This document shows, one piece after another, positions 48,050-58,380 of a stretch of 64,000 bases of DNA. This DNA comes from Candidatus Bathyarchaeota archaeon. GTDB lineage: Archaea > Thermoproteota > Bathyarchaeia > Bathyarchaeales > Bathycorpusculaceae. Made by a program: the position numbers and the translations under genes. The stretch spans positions 544,001 to 608,000 of the forward strand of contig CAWFFH010000003.1 of assembly GCA_963815095.1 (NCBI GenBank). Direction: 5' to 3'. Position 1 is the stretch's first letter. Every line of letters begins with the position of its first letter. The notes under the pieces were generated by a model, which searched no databases, was not told the origin of the DNA, and saw only the letters and a list, made by a program, of their open reading frames with translations.

Positions 48050-49072
48050 TTAGAGCTTTGCGTTTTTGCCGACCATTTCGATAAAGTCAACCATGCGGTT
48101 GCTAAAGCCCCATTCGTTGTCGTACCATCCAAAAACTTTAACAAAGTTGCTCTTCTCACCCATAACCATGGTTAAGTCCGCATCAAAGACGCTGCTGTAT
48201 GCGCTGTGAAGTACGTCAGTACTAACTATTGGGTCTTCAGTGTACTGTAAGATTCCTTTGAGTTCGCCTTCAGCGGCTTTCTTCATTGCTGCATTAATTT
48301 CTTGCTTTGTTACTTCTTTGCCCAATATCGCAACTAAGTCAACTATGGACACATCTGGAGTTGGTACTCGCAACGAATAGCCGTTCATTTTCCCTGCACA
48401 ACTTGGCAAGACTAAACCGATTGCTTTTGCAGCGCCTGTGCTCGTTGGGATAATGTTGATTGCTGCTGCGCGGGCGCGTCTTGGGTCTTTGTGGACTATG
48501 TCTTGGATTTTCTGATCGTTCGTGTAGCTGTGGCAGGTTGTCATGAAGGCTTTTTCTAATCCAAAGTTTTCTGCTAAGACCTTGCTTATTGGTGCAAGAC
48601 AGTTAGTGGTACATGAAGCGTTACTGAGTATATTGTGGTTTACTGGGTCATAGGCTTTGTCGTTAACGCCTAAAACGAAGGTTGCATCTGGATTTTCTGC
48701 TGGTGCCGAAATGAGAACTTTTTTGGCTCCTGCAGTGAGGTGTTTGGTTGCGCCTTCACGGTTTGTGAATAAGCCTGTGGATTCAACTGCTAGGTAAACT
48801 CCCAGGTCTTTCCATGGGAGTTGCAAAGGGTCCCTTATGCTCAGGCATTTGAGGTCTTTTCCGTTAACAACCAAGTCGCTGCCTTTCACTTCAACGGTGC
48901 CGGGGAAGTGTCCGTGAACGGAGTCGTACTTGAGCAAATGAGCGTTAGTTTTTGCGTCTGCCAAGTCGTTTATGGCTACAAAATCAATATTTGCATTCTT
49001 TTCGATTGCTGCTCTATAGAGAAGTCTTCCGATTCTTCCAAAACCATTGATTCCAACTTTAATGTTCGCCAT
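48050..49072 (-). CDS. gap: Type I (bacterial-type) glyceraldehyde-3-phosphate dehydrogenase
   Basis: [37 protein letters not shown]. Confidence 0.96.
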   Translation of the reverse strand: MANIKVGINGFGRIGRLLYRAAIEKNANIDFVAINDLADAKTNAHLLKYDSVHGHFPGTVEVKGSDLVVNGKDLKCLSIRDPLQLPWKDLGVYLAVESTGLFTNREGATKHLTAGAKKVLISAPAENPDATFVLGVNDKAYDPVNHNILSNASCTTNCLAPISKVLAENFGLEKAFMTTCHSYTNDQKIQDIVHKDPRRARAAAINIIPTSTGAAKAIGLVLPSCAGKMNGYSLRVPTPDVSIVDLVAILGKEVTKQEINAAMKKAAEGELKGILQYTEDPIVSTDVLHSAYSSVFDADLTMVMGEKSNFVKVFGWYDNEWGFSNRMVDFIEMVGKNAKL

Positions 49073-49371
49073 AACAATTCACCTATACATGTAAAACTGT
49101 AACAAGCGACTCTAACTTTATTAATTTTCCGACCAAAAAACTAGACCTTAACAAGCGCAAACTTAACTGCTAACAAAGCCATTGCTTCGCCACTCGCGCC
49201 TCCCTTAACTAAAACACTATTGTTGACATGCTAATAGCAGCTGAAAACTCCACGAACGACTCACTAACTTGAGGTTTCTACATCGAAATCTATTAGAACC
49301 AAGATAGGTACAGAGTCATTAAGATGACATATAGTTCAAATGAACAGAAAATAAAGAAAGGAATGGGCGGT

Positions 49372-50502
49372 TTAGTCTTCTCGCCACTTGAACAGTTTCA
49401 CAGCCAAACCAAATATTACTATTGTTAGGACTAATACCACTGCTATGTCTATTATTGCACCTGTGACGTTTCCGTAGACCATTGCATTGTTTAAGCCTTC
49501 AATTATATAGAATAGTGGCAGGACATGTGCGACGTTTTGCAGGTATTGTGGCATGCTACTTATTGGGAAGAAGGTACCAGAGAGGAACATCATTGGGAAC
49601 GTAACGATGTTTCCTATAACGCCTGCAGTTTCAACACTCTTTGTGACTGTGCCAACCAGCATACCAAGCGCTGCAAAAAGCATTGGCCCCAAAATGATGA
49701 AAGGAATTAACCAAGGCGATAACGCGACGTGCGCTCCGAAAGCGAAAATTCCCACTCCAACCATCAATAAAAATCCAGCGATTGTCAAGACAACGTACCA
49801 TATCATTTTAGATGTTAGCCACTCCATCTTTGTAAGCGGAGTAAGAGAGAGCTGCTTAAACAACTTTGATTTCTTATATTCTGCGGAAATGTTGACTAGA
49901 GAGAACATTGGACTGGTAAGTATTGAGAACCCAATTAGACCTGGAATCAAAAAGTCGATGTATTTTGTTTGTTGAGTATTCACGGTTGCAGATGTTATGC
50001 CTATAATTGCTGGTGTAGTGTCATTGTATTTTGTTTGGAAGTAGTTGAGATTAAAATAGTTAGCATAACCGTTAATTGTTCCGCTCACAATGCCACTTGT
50101 GCTTGATGTTGGATTACCATAGACTGTCAAGTTTAATTGATGACCAGTAATGTAGTTGATAGTGAAATTTTCTGGAATTATTATTCCATCTGATACTGAA
50201 TGGTCCGCGAGGTACTTGGAAAAGTTCTCTGAAGGATCTACCGTTCTTACTGTGATTGTGCTGGATTTGTTTAGTGCTTCAAGGAAGTTTGTTCCGAGGT
50301 TTTGTCCTGTAGGGAACGGACCGGTATCTTGGTTCTGGGCGTAAACAGTAACTGTTCCAGAGCCTCCTCCCGAAAATATTGCTCCGAAAATCAAAATCAA
50401 GATAACAGGAAAGATTAAGCCGAAGAATAACCCGAATTTGTTTCTAAGGTACCCTCTGCTAAAGACTTTGAAGTCGGAATAGATACGTTTTCCACTGACC
50501 AT
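49372..50502 (-). CDS. ABC-2 type transporter permease
   Basis: TM helices, FLIPGLIG, FLSGTFFP. Confidence 0.9.
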   Translation of the reverse strand: MVSGKRIYSDFKVFSRGYLRNKFGLFFGLIFPVILILIFGAIFSGGGSGTVTVYAQNQDTGPFPTGQNLGTNFLEALNKSSTITVRTVDPSENFSKYLADHSVSDGIIIPENFTINYITGHQLNLTVYGNPTSSTSGIVSGTINGYANYFNLNYFQTKYNDTTPAIIGITSATVNTQQTKYIDFLIPGLIGFSILTSPMFSLVNISAEYKKSKLFKQLSLTPLTKMEWLTSKMIWYVVLTIAGFLLMVGVGIFAFGAHVALSPWLIPFIILGPMLFAALGMLVGTVTKSVETAGVIGNIVTFPMMFLSGTFFPISSMPQYLQNVAHVLPLFYIIEGLNNAMVYGNVTGAIIDIAVVLVLTIVIFGLAVKLFKWRED

Positions 50503-50504
50503 GT

Positions 50505-51464
50505 TTAGCGCCTCCGCTTTTTGCTGGTTTTTGTTTCCGATGATGCTTCTCCTTGTTCACCGATAGGTTCGTTGACCAGCTTAACAAAAACGTCATCTAA
50601 GCTGTCTTGGCGTGTCTGAATATCGCCCCAATCCATTCCTGACTGCTCCGCAGCCGCGAGTGCTGCGAGGGCATCGATTTTCTTTTGAAGAGGTATTGTG
50701 ATTTCTTTTTTGGCTTTGTCGTAGTCAACTTGCAATTCAGTGTTAGCTTTAATATATTCAGCAAGTTTTTCTTCGCCATGAATTTCCAGCCGCTCACCTG
50801 AACCATGCTGCTGAATGATTTCTTCGGTGGTTCCCATTGCTACTATGTGTCCATGGTCCATAATTGCTACTTTGTCTGAGAGGTGCTGTGCTTCATCGAG
50901 GTAATGGGTAGTCAAGATTATTGTTTTGCCTTTGGCTTTTAAGTTACGTATAACTTCCCAAATGGCTCTCCTGGCGTTAGGGTCCAACCCTGTGGTTGGT
51001 TCGTCAAGGAAAAGAAGTTCAGGTGAATTAACAAGTGAAAGAGCCAGACCTGTCTTCTGTTTTTGTCCGCCTGAAAGACTGTCAAAATTGACTTTAGCAG
51101 ATTCACTCAGCAGAACTTCTTCAAGAATCTCATCTGGATTAACTTTTACGTTGAAAAGGTCAGCGTAATATATAATGGCTTCTCGGGGAGTGGTTTTTTC
51201 AAAAAACGTAAATTCCTGTGGGATAACTCCGATTTTCTTGTGAAGTTCATAACCGTTTTTCCATGGGTCAAAACCGAGAACTTTAACGTCTCCACCGTCT
51301 CGCTCGCGCAGACCCTCCATGATTTCGATGGTGGTGGTCTTACCTGCACCGTTTGGACCCAAAAGGCCGAAAACTTCGCCTTGGTTAACAGTGAAGGAGA
51401 TGCCATCCACTGCTTTTAGATTGCCATAATGTTTTTTTAGGGATGAAACTTCGATCGGTAACAT
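50505..51464 (-). CDS. ABC transporter ATP-binding protein
   Basis: GPNGAGKTT, LSGGQ, LDEPTTG, TTHY. Confidence 0.95.
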   Translation of the reverse strand: MLPIEVSSLKKHYGNLKAVDGISFTVNQGEVFGLLGPNGAGKTTTIEIMEGLRERDGGDVKVLGFDPWKNGYELHKKIGVIPQEFTFFEKTTPREAIIYYADLFNVKVNPDEILEEVLLSESAKVNFDSLSGGQKQKTGLALSLVNSPELLFLDEPTTGLDPNARRAIWEVIRNLKAKGKTIILTTHYLDEAQHLSDKVAIMDHGHIVAMGTTEEIIQQHGSGERLEIHGEEKLAEYIKANTELQVDYDKAKKEITIPLQKKIDALAALAAAEQSGMDWGDIQTRQDSLDDVFVKLVNEPIGEQGEASSETKTSKKRRR

Positions 51465-51557
51465 GCTTTGTTGATTCCTTTAAGGGTGTAAATTGCTGTC
51501 TTTTGTTAGGTATATTTTGGTAAATATAATTTTCGGAGTCTTTGAGCAAATTTTTTC

Positions 51558-52067
51558 TCAAAGCTCATTTTTCTTCAAAATTTTTCTCGGTGAATGCTCG
51601 TTTATCTTGGTTTGTATGAACAGGTTCAACTCTTCGGGCGAAATGTATCTTGGTCCACGTTCATGAAAAACTTGAACCTCAAATGTATCCTTACTAAAAA
51701 GGGTTCTAAGTAGGTAGTAGTCAAACTTTAACGGTGTCTTCTTTTCACCTGTGCTCTTGTAGTAGCGGATGGAGCAGAAAAAATCTAACGCGCCCAAGCG
51801 CGCCTTCGCCAAAAACTTTAGCGCGTTCTTAAGTTCCTCTTCATCAATGTAGTTGAAACCTTCAGATTCAGCCAGTCCAAACTCAAAAATCACTCTTCCC
51901 TGTGGTACCGTTGGGTTAGTGACTTCCTCAAAACTAAATTCTTTACAATTTACATCATAGAAAACTTGAATTAGCTTTTGCTGGAGCTGCTTGCTTGAAA
52001 GTGTTGAATTGAAACGATCGATTCGGTGGATATTTGCGGGAAAATTTTCATAAAAACCCAAAGTCAA
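51558..52067 (-). CDS. Hypothetical protein
   Basis: 169-aa ORF co-oriented with UPF0148; host-like composition. Confidence 0.65.
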   Translation of the reverse strand: MTLGFYENFPANIHRIDRFNSTLSSKQLQQKLIQVFYDVNCKEFSFEEVTNPTVPQGRVIFEFGLAESEGFNYIDEEELKNALKFLAKARLGALDFFCSIRYYKSTGEKKTPLKFDYYLLRTLFSKDTFEVQVFHERGPRYISPEELNLFIQTKINEHSPRKILKKNEL

Positions 52068-52079
52068 ATTGGCTCGTGC

Positions 52080-52457
52080 TCAAGCTTTCATTTTCTTTAT
52101 TTTTTCAACGCTATTTAGTAATTCGCCAAGTGCAAGAGTGAGTTTTTGTAGTTCATCTATATCATCAGTTTTCTCAATTTTTCCTTGTATTTCCGTTATT
52201 TTCGACATCAATGTTGCTTCAAGCTTGTCGTATACTGTCGTGGAAGCGGAGGCTTGTTTGGGTGGTTCTTCCCCTTCCTTAACAATTACTACCTTTTTCT
52301 CGTCTTTTGCGCACCAAAGAGTCCCATCTTTTAATCTAAAGAGCGGAGACGAGCAGACTGGACAGGAGAGATCCGTTAAGGTAGCGCCTTGTAGAAGCAA
52401 GTTTGCTCCTCGTTTAACAAGTGTGTCATCTGTTCGTGGATGCATATAGAACCCCAA
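52080..52457 (-). CDS. UPF0148 / autoantigen p27 zinc-ribbon protein
   Basis: ANLLLQGATL...CPVCSSPLF. Confidence 0.85.
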   Translation of the reverse strand: MGFYMHPRTDDTLVKRGANLLLQGATLTDLSCPVCSSPLFRLKDGTLWCAKDEKKVVIVKEGEEPPKQASASTTVYDKLEATLMSKITEIQGKIEKTDDIDELQKLTLALGELLNSVEKIKKMKA

Positions 52458-52522
52458 AGTAAATACGTATCAATGCTTATATAACTTGGTCACTGCCAAG
52501 GTGCAATAAAGGGGAACATTTT

Positions 52523-52801
52523 ATGGTGCGGAAGAAAAAATCTGATGAGTATGAAGCAAAGATTCAGCAAGCGTTAGTAGTGCTCGGTGAAGTCTCTGAA
52601 GATAGCACAACACCACGAAACATCCGTCGTTCTGCAAAAGATGCTGTGAGTGCCTTGCAAAGTGGAGAATATACCCCTGCGGTGAGAGCTTCAAATGCAG
52701 TATCGATGCTGGATGAGATTCTACAAGACCCTAACATGCCACCTTATACACGGGTAAAACTCTGGAACGTTATGAGTTTTATTGAAGCCATAAAAGACTA
52801 G
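52523..52801 (+). CDS. UPF0147 family protein
   Basis: DSTTPRNIRR, DPNMP..TR..LW. Confidence 0.9.
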   Translation: MVRKKKSDEYEAKIQQALVVLGEVSEDSTTPRNIRRSAKDAVSALQSGEYTPAVRASNAVSMLDEILQDPNMPPYTRVKLWNVMSFIEAIKD

Positions 52802-52802
52802 T

Positions 52803-52945
52803 TTAGAACATATAATACCACATTCTTTTCCTAAACAGCTTAGCGCCGTTTAGATCGGTAGCGTATTCAAAGCCTCCTTCTTGAAGTTTGGAAGTTCTTC
52901 ATCGTGAAACTTTCACATAATTCGTTAGTGTTTGGAATTGGGATC
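52803..52945 (-). pseudogene. Eroded C-terminus of a Bathyarchaeia-type integrase
   Basis: Minus strand reads VKVS..*..SKLQEGGFEYATDLNGAKLFRKR. Confidence 0.5.
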
Positions 52946-53110
52946 CTTATGACGCGGTCGATCATTCAATCAAAGTAATAGAGGAAAAACGCAGAAAAGC
53001 AGGGTTTTTCTTATTTTCGATTTATTCCATTTATTGGAATATAGGGATTCTTGAAATGAAGATTATATAATGAATTATGCTCGTAATATTCTCGAAAGGA
53101 AAGAACAAGC

Positions 53111-53353
53111 ATGAAGCTACCAACTATCTATATTTTAGCTGCGAACCTAGGCTGTCTTTTACCCGTCAACCTGATAAACGTTACAATATTGTTGAATGGC
53201 GGGATTTTGCTTGTGGAACCGAATTGGGCAGTAATAGCGGGCGAAACAGTCGGAACTCTATTGATAACAAGCTTGACGGTGGTATGGTTGCTGCAGAAAA
53301 TTAGAGCTACTGCCAAACCTAAGCACGATTCCACACATATTTTGCATTATTAA
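53111..53353 (+). CDS. Small membrane protein
   Basis: Hydrophobic 80-aa ORF with upstream TTATATAA. Confidence 0.5.
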   Translation: MKLPTIYILAANLGCLLPVNLINVTILLNGGILLVEPNWAVIAGETVGTLLITSLTVVWLLQKIRATAKPKHDSTHILHY

Positions 53354-53631
53354 GATCAATGCGCCTTACGACATGCTCGATTCGCGCAGTAAAAACCCAG
53401 AACATCTTAAGTCGGAAATGAAAATACCTACATCTGTGCTTAAAAATTGAATAGCCACAAAGATACCATCCTAAATAATTAAGGAGAAAGAAAAGAAGAC
53501 AAAAGGCACGAACTTATAAGTTACCTCATTTGACCCTTTGCAAAATCAAAGGATAATATTATGAGATAAAAGACTATTTTGTTTATGGTTTGAGGATTGT
53601 TTGGGACTAAAATTTATGGAAAATTTTAGTT

Positions 53632-54102
53632 TTATTTGATCCGTTCAGCGAATTTCTTTTCGTCCTTATATGAATTCGCACAGTGGATACAGCAAAACGC
53701 TGCTTCCTGTCCGTCGATAATTTCGCGGTAGCCGCCTTCGTAGACTTTGCAGCCGCAGTGTGCGCAGACGGATAGGCTTGGTTCGATGGCAATGGCAACT
53801 AACTCGGCAAAGCGCTTGAAGAGTTTAGTGCACAATTCTCTACCTTCCTCTGTGAGCGTAAAGATTTTTCGTTCTTTCTCGCCAACTGGCTTTTGGGTGT
53901 GCGTCACTATACCTTTTTCTTCGAGTTGTTGTAGGAAAGGGTAGACCAGGCTTGGGCTGATATCTTTTTTGACGCGTTTTTTGAAGCGGCTGATGATGCT
54001 GTATCCGTGGGCTGGACCTTCGTAGAGTATGGTTAGTATGTAGAAGCGGCTGAAGTCGCCGATTAAGTCGTCGAAGTTTGCTAGTTGGGTTTCGTTTGAC
54101 AT
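53632..54102 (-). CDS. PadR family regulator with C-terminal TRASH-like metal-binding domain
   Basis: HGY..I...SPSLVYP.L..LE; CAHCGC...FCCIHC. Confidence 0.88.
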   Translation of the reverse strand: MSNETQLANFDDLIGDFSRFYILTILYEGPAHGYSIISRFKKRVKKDISPSLVYPFLQQLEEKGIVTHTQKPVGEKERKIFTLTEEGRELCTKLFKRFAELVAIAIEPSLSVCAHCGCKVYEGGYREIIDGQEAAFCCIHCANSYKDEKKFAERIK

Positions 54103-54145
54103 GCTGGTCGTCTATTATTGGATTGTTTTGCTGTTATAAATGTTC

Positions 54146-54161
54146 TTTAGATATATCTAAA
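54146..54161. promoter_or_regulatory. Perfect 16-bp palindrome TTTAGATATATCTAAA, candidate PadR operator
   Basis: Adjacent to the padR TATA-like box, between divergent padR and cupin genes. Confidence 0.6.
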
Positions 54162-54215
54162 AAATACTCATGCCAAATTAATTAAACCCCAACAAACAAC
54201 ATATCCCCGATAACC

Positions 54216-54556
54216 ATGAAAGTCTTCAACTACAAAACCGTCCAAGCAAAAAAAGCAGATTGTTGCCCAGAAAAAACCCAGATACGAGGGCTAATAACCA
54301 AAGAGATGGGTGCCCCAAACTTTGCTATGCGCCTCTTTGAGATGTCTCCCGGCGGATTCAGTCCCTGCACATGCATGCGTGGGAACATGAAGTATTCGTT
54401 TTAGAAGGCAACGGCTCAGTCTTTGACGGAAAAAATGCGGTGCCCTTGCAAGCAGGCGATGTAGTTTTCGTACCCCCGAGCGAGTTGCACCAATTCAGAA
54501 ACAACGGCGAAGAGCAATTAAAGTTCCTCTGCTTAATCCCCCATACGGAACAGTAA
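54216..54556 (+). pseudogene. Cupin domain protein with a single-base frameshift near 54363-54366
   Basis: GAPNFAMRLFE..PGGFSP continues as LHMHAWEHEVF...HQFRN in another frame. Confidence 0.8.
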
Positions 54557-54640
54557 CTTCCCACTTAGTTTCGTACGCTGTAGCTAAAAATATATGCTAG
54601 TTGTTACATCTAAGTTTGGGTTCCAAGGGGGCAAAGTTCC

Positions 54641-56026
54641 TTGAAATATGACGTAATAATTGTGGGCGCAGGCCCAGCAGGCATCTTCTCAGCGTTAGAG
54701 CTAACCGAAAAAACAAACCTCAACGTCATTGTCATTGACCGAGGCGCAGATATCGACAAACGCAAGTGCCCCTCTAAAAGAGGTTTTGAATGTGTCCATT
54801 GCGAACCATGCTCTGTGCTTAGCGGTTGGGGCGGGGCAGGCGCTTACAGTGACGGCAAACTCACCTTATCAACAGAAGTTGGCGGTTGGCTGAACCAATA
54901 TGTTTCAACCAAAGAACTAGCTGAACTGGTAAAATATTGCGACAGCATCTACCTCAAATTCGGCGCAAGCGAACAAGTCTATGGCGGCGAAAACAAGGAA
55001 ATAGACGAAATCGAGCGCCAGGCGTCACTTGCAGGTCTTAAACTCATCAAACAAGAAGTCCGCCATATGGGCACCGACAAATGTCTCGAAACACTCATGC
55101 GCATGCGCAAATACCTCAATAGCAAAATAACTTTTCTACCTAAAACTGAGGTTAAAGGACTCATCGCCGAAAACCACACCATCCAAGGCGTAGAAACCGT
55201 CGACGGTGAGAAAATTATTGGCGAATATGTTATAATCGCTCCAGGTCGAGGGGGGGCTGAGTGGCTTCAAACTGAAGCTCAAATTCGCGGCTTAAAAACC
55301 GTTAACAACCCTGTTGACATAGGAGTGCGCGTGGAGCTTTTGGCCTCAATTATGGAGAAACTAACCAAAGTTCTCTATGAACCTAAACTTCTCTATTTCT
55401 CGCGTTCATTTGATGACCAGGTGCGCACTTTCTGTGTGTCCCCATATGGCGAAGTCACAACAGAATCCTATGATGGCGTCTTAACAGTCAACGGCGGAAG
55501 CCAAGCAGAAACCAAAACAGCGAATACAAACTTTGCCATTCTCGTCAGCACCTCATTCACCGAGCCGTTTAAGGAGCCAATCGCTTACGGCAAATATATC
55601 GCTAGACTTTCAAATCTGCTTAGCGGAGGTGTCATGGTGCAACGGTTAGGCGACCTCAACCATGGTAGACGCAGCACCCCTGAACGGCTTGCCCACAGCG
55701 TCCTCACCCCCACCCTCAAAAACGCCACCCCAGGAGACCTAAGTTTTGTTCTACCTTATCGATACCTCACTGACATTCGTGAAATGCTTGAAGCCCTCGA
55801 CAAAATCGCTCCAGGCGTCGCTTCACCCGAAACCTTACTCTACGGCGTCGAAGTGAAATTCTATTCCTCGCACCTATTACTCAACAATGCATTGGAAAGC
55901 AAAATCCAAAACATGTTCACTATAGGCGACGGCGCAGGGGTTACTCGCGGCTTAATCCAAGCGTCGGCTTCAGGAATCATCGTTGCTAGAGAAATTCTCA
56001 AACGGGAAAAACTACTGAAGGCATAA
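54641..56026 (+). CDS. FAD/NAD(P)-dependent oxidoreductase
   Basis: GAGPAG, GGAGAYSDGKL, RTFC, GDGAGVTRG. Confidence 0.88.
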   Translation: MKYDVIIVGAGPAGIFSALELTEKTNLNVIVIDRGADIDKRKCPSKRGFECVHCEPCSVLSGWGGAGAYSDGKLTLSTEVGGWLNQYVSTKELAELVKYCDSIYLKFGASEQVYGGENKEIDEIERQASLAGLKLIKQEVRHMGTDKCLETLMRMRKYLNSKITFLPKTEVKGLIAENHTIQGVETVDGEKIIGEYVIIAPGRGGAEWLQTEAQIRGLKTVNNPVDIGVRVELLASIMEKLTKVLYEPKLLYFSRSFDDQVRTFCVSPYGEVTTESYDGVLTVNGGSQAETKTANTNFAILVSTSFTEPFKEPIAYGKYIARLSNLLSGGVMVQRLGDLNHGRRSTPERLAHSVLTPTLKNATPGDLSFVLPYRYLTDIREMLEALDKIAPGVASPETLLYGVEVKFYSSHLLLNNALESKIQNMFTIGDGAGVTRGLIQASASGIIVAREILKREKLLKA

Positions 56027-56030
56027 ACAT

Positions 56031-56777
56031 ATGGCTGCTGTGGCTCAGGAAATCAGGTGTTCGCATTGCGGTGCTCCTGTCGAGTTCAAGCCAGGCGAAC
56101 TATTCGCAACCTGCAAATACTGCGGCTTCACCACCGTTATCGAAACGGGGCAAGCGTTTACTTTTGAGCATTCCCTACTGCTAAATAATTATTCCGAAGC
56201 ACAAATTGAAGATTTGGCGCGCGATTGGATGCGCTCTGGTTTTATGAAGCCGGGTGACTTAGCAAAAAAGGCAAAGATAACCGAAAAAAATCTCGTTTAC
56301 CTGCCGTTCTGGATTGTTTCAGCCGACGCCACAACCAAGTACAAAGGAATCTTCGAGCGCATATCACCCGCAATTGTAAAGGAAGGGCAAATCCAAAAGG
56401 AATACAACTGGTTGGTTTTAGCTAGAGAAGCCTCAAGTTTCCCAACCAAAGAGTACAATGTACCGTTAACTGGCAAAATTCCCTATGACTTCCGAAAAAT
56501 AGAGGGTTTCGCCAAATTGCTCAACAGCGAAATGACCCGTGAAGAAGCGTTGGAGATTGCTAAGCAACAGATTGAGGCGCTTCATCGTTTTCTGCTCCAG
56601 CAGGATATAGATAGAATCGTTGAAGTAGCAACAACCGTCAACCTCAAACAGATGGTTTACTTGCATGCACCCGCATGGTTCATAAAATACGAATACAAAA
56701 ACAACAACTACCAAATGATAGTTGACGGTGCAACGGGCAACGTTCTAAAGGGCGATATACCCTCTTCCAAGTTCTAA
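56031..56777 (+). CDS. Zinc-ribbon protein (YdjG-like)
   Basis: CSHCGAP...CKYCG; YLPFW; P.W...Y....VDGATG.V..G..P. Confidence 0.7.
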   Translation: MAAVAQEIRCSHCGAPVEFKPGELFATCKYCGFTTVIETGQAFTFEHSLLLNNYSEAQIEDLARDWMRSGFMKPGDLAKKAKITEKNLVYLPFWIVSADATTKYKGIFERISPAIVKEGQIQKEYNWLVLAREASSFPTKEYNVPLTGKIPYDFRKIEGFAKLLNSEMTREEALEIAKQQIEALHRFLLQQDIDRIVEVATTVNLKQMVYLHAPAWFIKYEYKNNNYQMIVDGATGNVLKGDIPSSKF

Positions 56778-56846
56778 ACTGTTTTAATAAACTTTAAAAG
56801 CAACCCCTTTTTTATAACGAGATGCAAATATTGGAGGATTTAGTAT

Positions 56847-57386
56847 ATGAGCGAAAATAATGATGTGTATGCCCAAGCAAAAAGCCAGATGCGGCTTTCA
56901 GAACGCATAGCTGCGGCGCTTCCAGGGTTCCGAGGATACAAAGAGAAGGAACTTCGCCGCGAGTCAGACAAGCTGATTAGGAATAACTTGACTCTTAAGC
57001 TCTCTAAAGATAAGGATAATGTCCGAAGCATCGCTCAGCGAATAGCTGATAAACGTTATATGGATGTTTTACCCGACATCGATAGGTTAACTGCAAAGAT
57101 GGATCGCATAACCGAAAAAGTTAATCATGCATCTTACGGTTACGCGGGTTTTTATGATATTGTCAAAATCAAGGAAGAAAACCTTGACAGAATGATAACC
57201 TTCGACAACCAACTTCTGGATGAGGTTGACGCATTGACCGCAAGCATTGAAGACCTAAAAACACAGCTGCTAAGCGGAAACTATTCAAACCTTAAAGACA
57301 AAATCCAGACCATTGCGGATAAGTTTGAGTTGCTCGAGGACACGTTTGATAAAAGAGAACAAGTCATCTTGGGAGTGACACAGTAA
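56847..57386 (+). CDS. All-helical hypothetical protein
   Basis: LPGFRGYKEKELRRESD, ASYGYAGFYD; GGAGG SD. Confidence 0.7.
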   Translation: MSENNDVYAQAKSQMRLSERIAAALPGFRGYKEKELRRESDKLIRNNLTLKLSKDKDNVRSIAQRIADKRYMDVLPDIDRLTAKMDRITEKVNHASYGYAGFYDIVKIKEENLDRMITFDNQLLDEVDALTASIEDLKTQLLSGNYSNLKDKIQTIADKFELLEDTFDKREQVILGVTQ

Positions 57387-58369
57387 TGCCGCAAATAATA
57401 GAATGGACAAACGCAAGTGCAGACTCTATAATTTGGCGTTACCCAACAGAAGACATCACTTGGGGCGCCCAACTAATCGTGCACGAATATGAAATGGCAG
57501 TCTTCTTCCGAGACGGCAAAGCTTACGATGTATTCGGTCCAGGCAGACACACACTCACCACCCTAAACCTACCTATACTAACAAGCCTGCTGACAAGGAT
57601 AGCCGGCTTTGGCGGCAACAAACCCTTCAAAGCAATGGTCTTATTCATCAGCACCAAAATCTTCGCTGGCAAATGGGGCACAAAAGCACAAACCACAGAA
57701 CTTGCACCTTTGCAGACCTATGGGCAGTTCTGGTTCAAAGTCGCAGACGCATCCCTATTCGTTAACGAAGTCATTGGTGGACAAAACGCATACTCAACAG
57801 ACCAAGTTAACGACTTCTTGCGCGGCTTCCTAAACGAGAAAATAATTGATGAACTCAGCCACTACGACCTTGTTACAGTATTCACGCGCTTAGACGAAAC
57901 CTCTGTCATTGTCAAAAACTCCCTAATTGACTACTTCAAACGAGTCGGCATCGAATTAACTGACCTCAGATTCGAAGGCATCGACACCACACCCGAATAC
58001 CGAGAAAGACTATTCTGGCTCAAAACCGGACAAACCGCCCCAGGCGACGTACTACGTATGGAAACTGTCAAGAGTGCAGCAGCTAGCCTAGGTCAAGGGG
58101 GAGGAGGCGCAGGAGCCCTCGGAGCAGGCATGGTACTTATCCCGCAAATAATGAACCAACAAGGAACCCCGCAGGCAGCACCCGCGGCGGCACTTGTCAT
58201 CTGTCCCAAATGCGGAGAAAAAGTTCCCGCTACCAGCAAATTCTGCCCTAACTGCGGAACCAACCTAACCCCACCCTCAGAAAACGCGATGAAGTGCCCC
58301 AACTGTGGCAAATCCATCCCAGCCAACAGCAAATTCTGTCCAGAGTGCGGATTCAAAATCGGCAGCTAA
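57386..58369 (+). CDS. SPFH/band-7-like (YdjI/virion-core-like) protein with double zinc ribbon
   Basis: GAQLIVHE..AVFFRDGK...GPGRHTL.T.NLP, KWGT; two CPxC...FCPxCG ribbons. Confidence 0.85.
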   Translation: MPQIIEWTNASADSIIWRYPTEDITWGAQLIVHEYEMAVFFRDGKAYDVFGPGRHTLTTLNLPILTSLLTRIAGFGGNKPFKAMVLFISTKIFAGKWGTKAQTTELAPLQTYGQFWFKVADASLFVNEVIGGQNAYSTDQVNDFLRGFLNEKIIDELSHYDLVTVFTRLDETSVIVKNSLIDYFKRVGIELTDLRFEGIDTTPEYRERLFWLKTGQTAPGDVLRMETVKSAAASLGQGGGGAGALGAGMVLIPQIMNQQGTPQAAPAAALVICPKCGEKVPATSKFCPNCGTNLTPPSENAMKCPNCGKSIPANSKFCPECGFKIGS

Positions 58370-58380
58370 GAGGACTGCAA

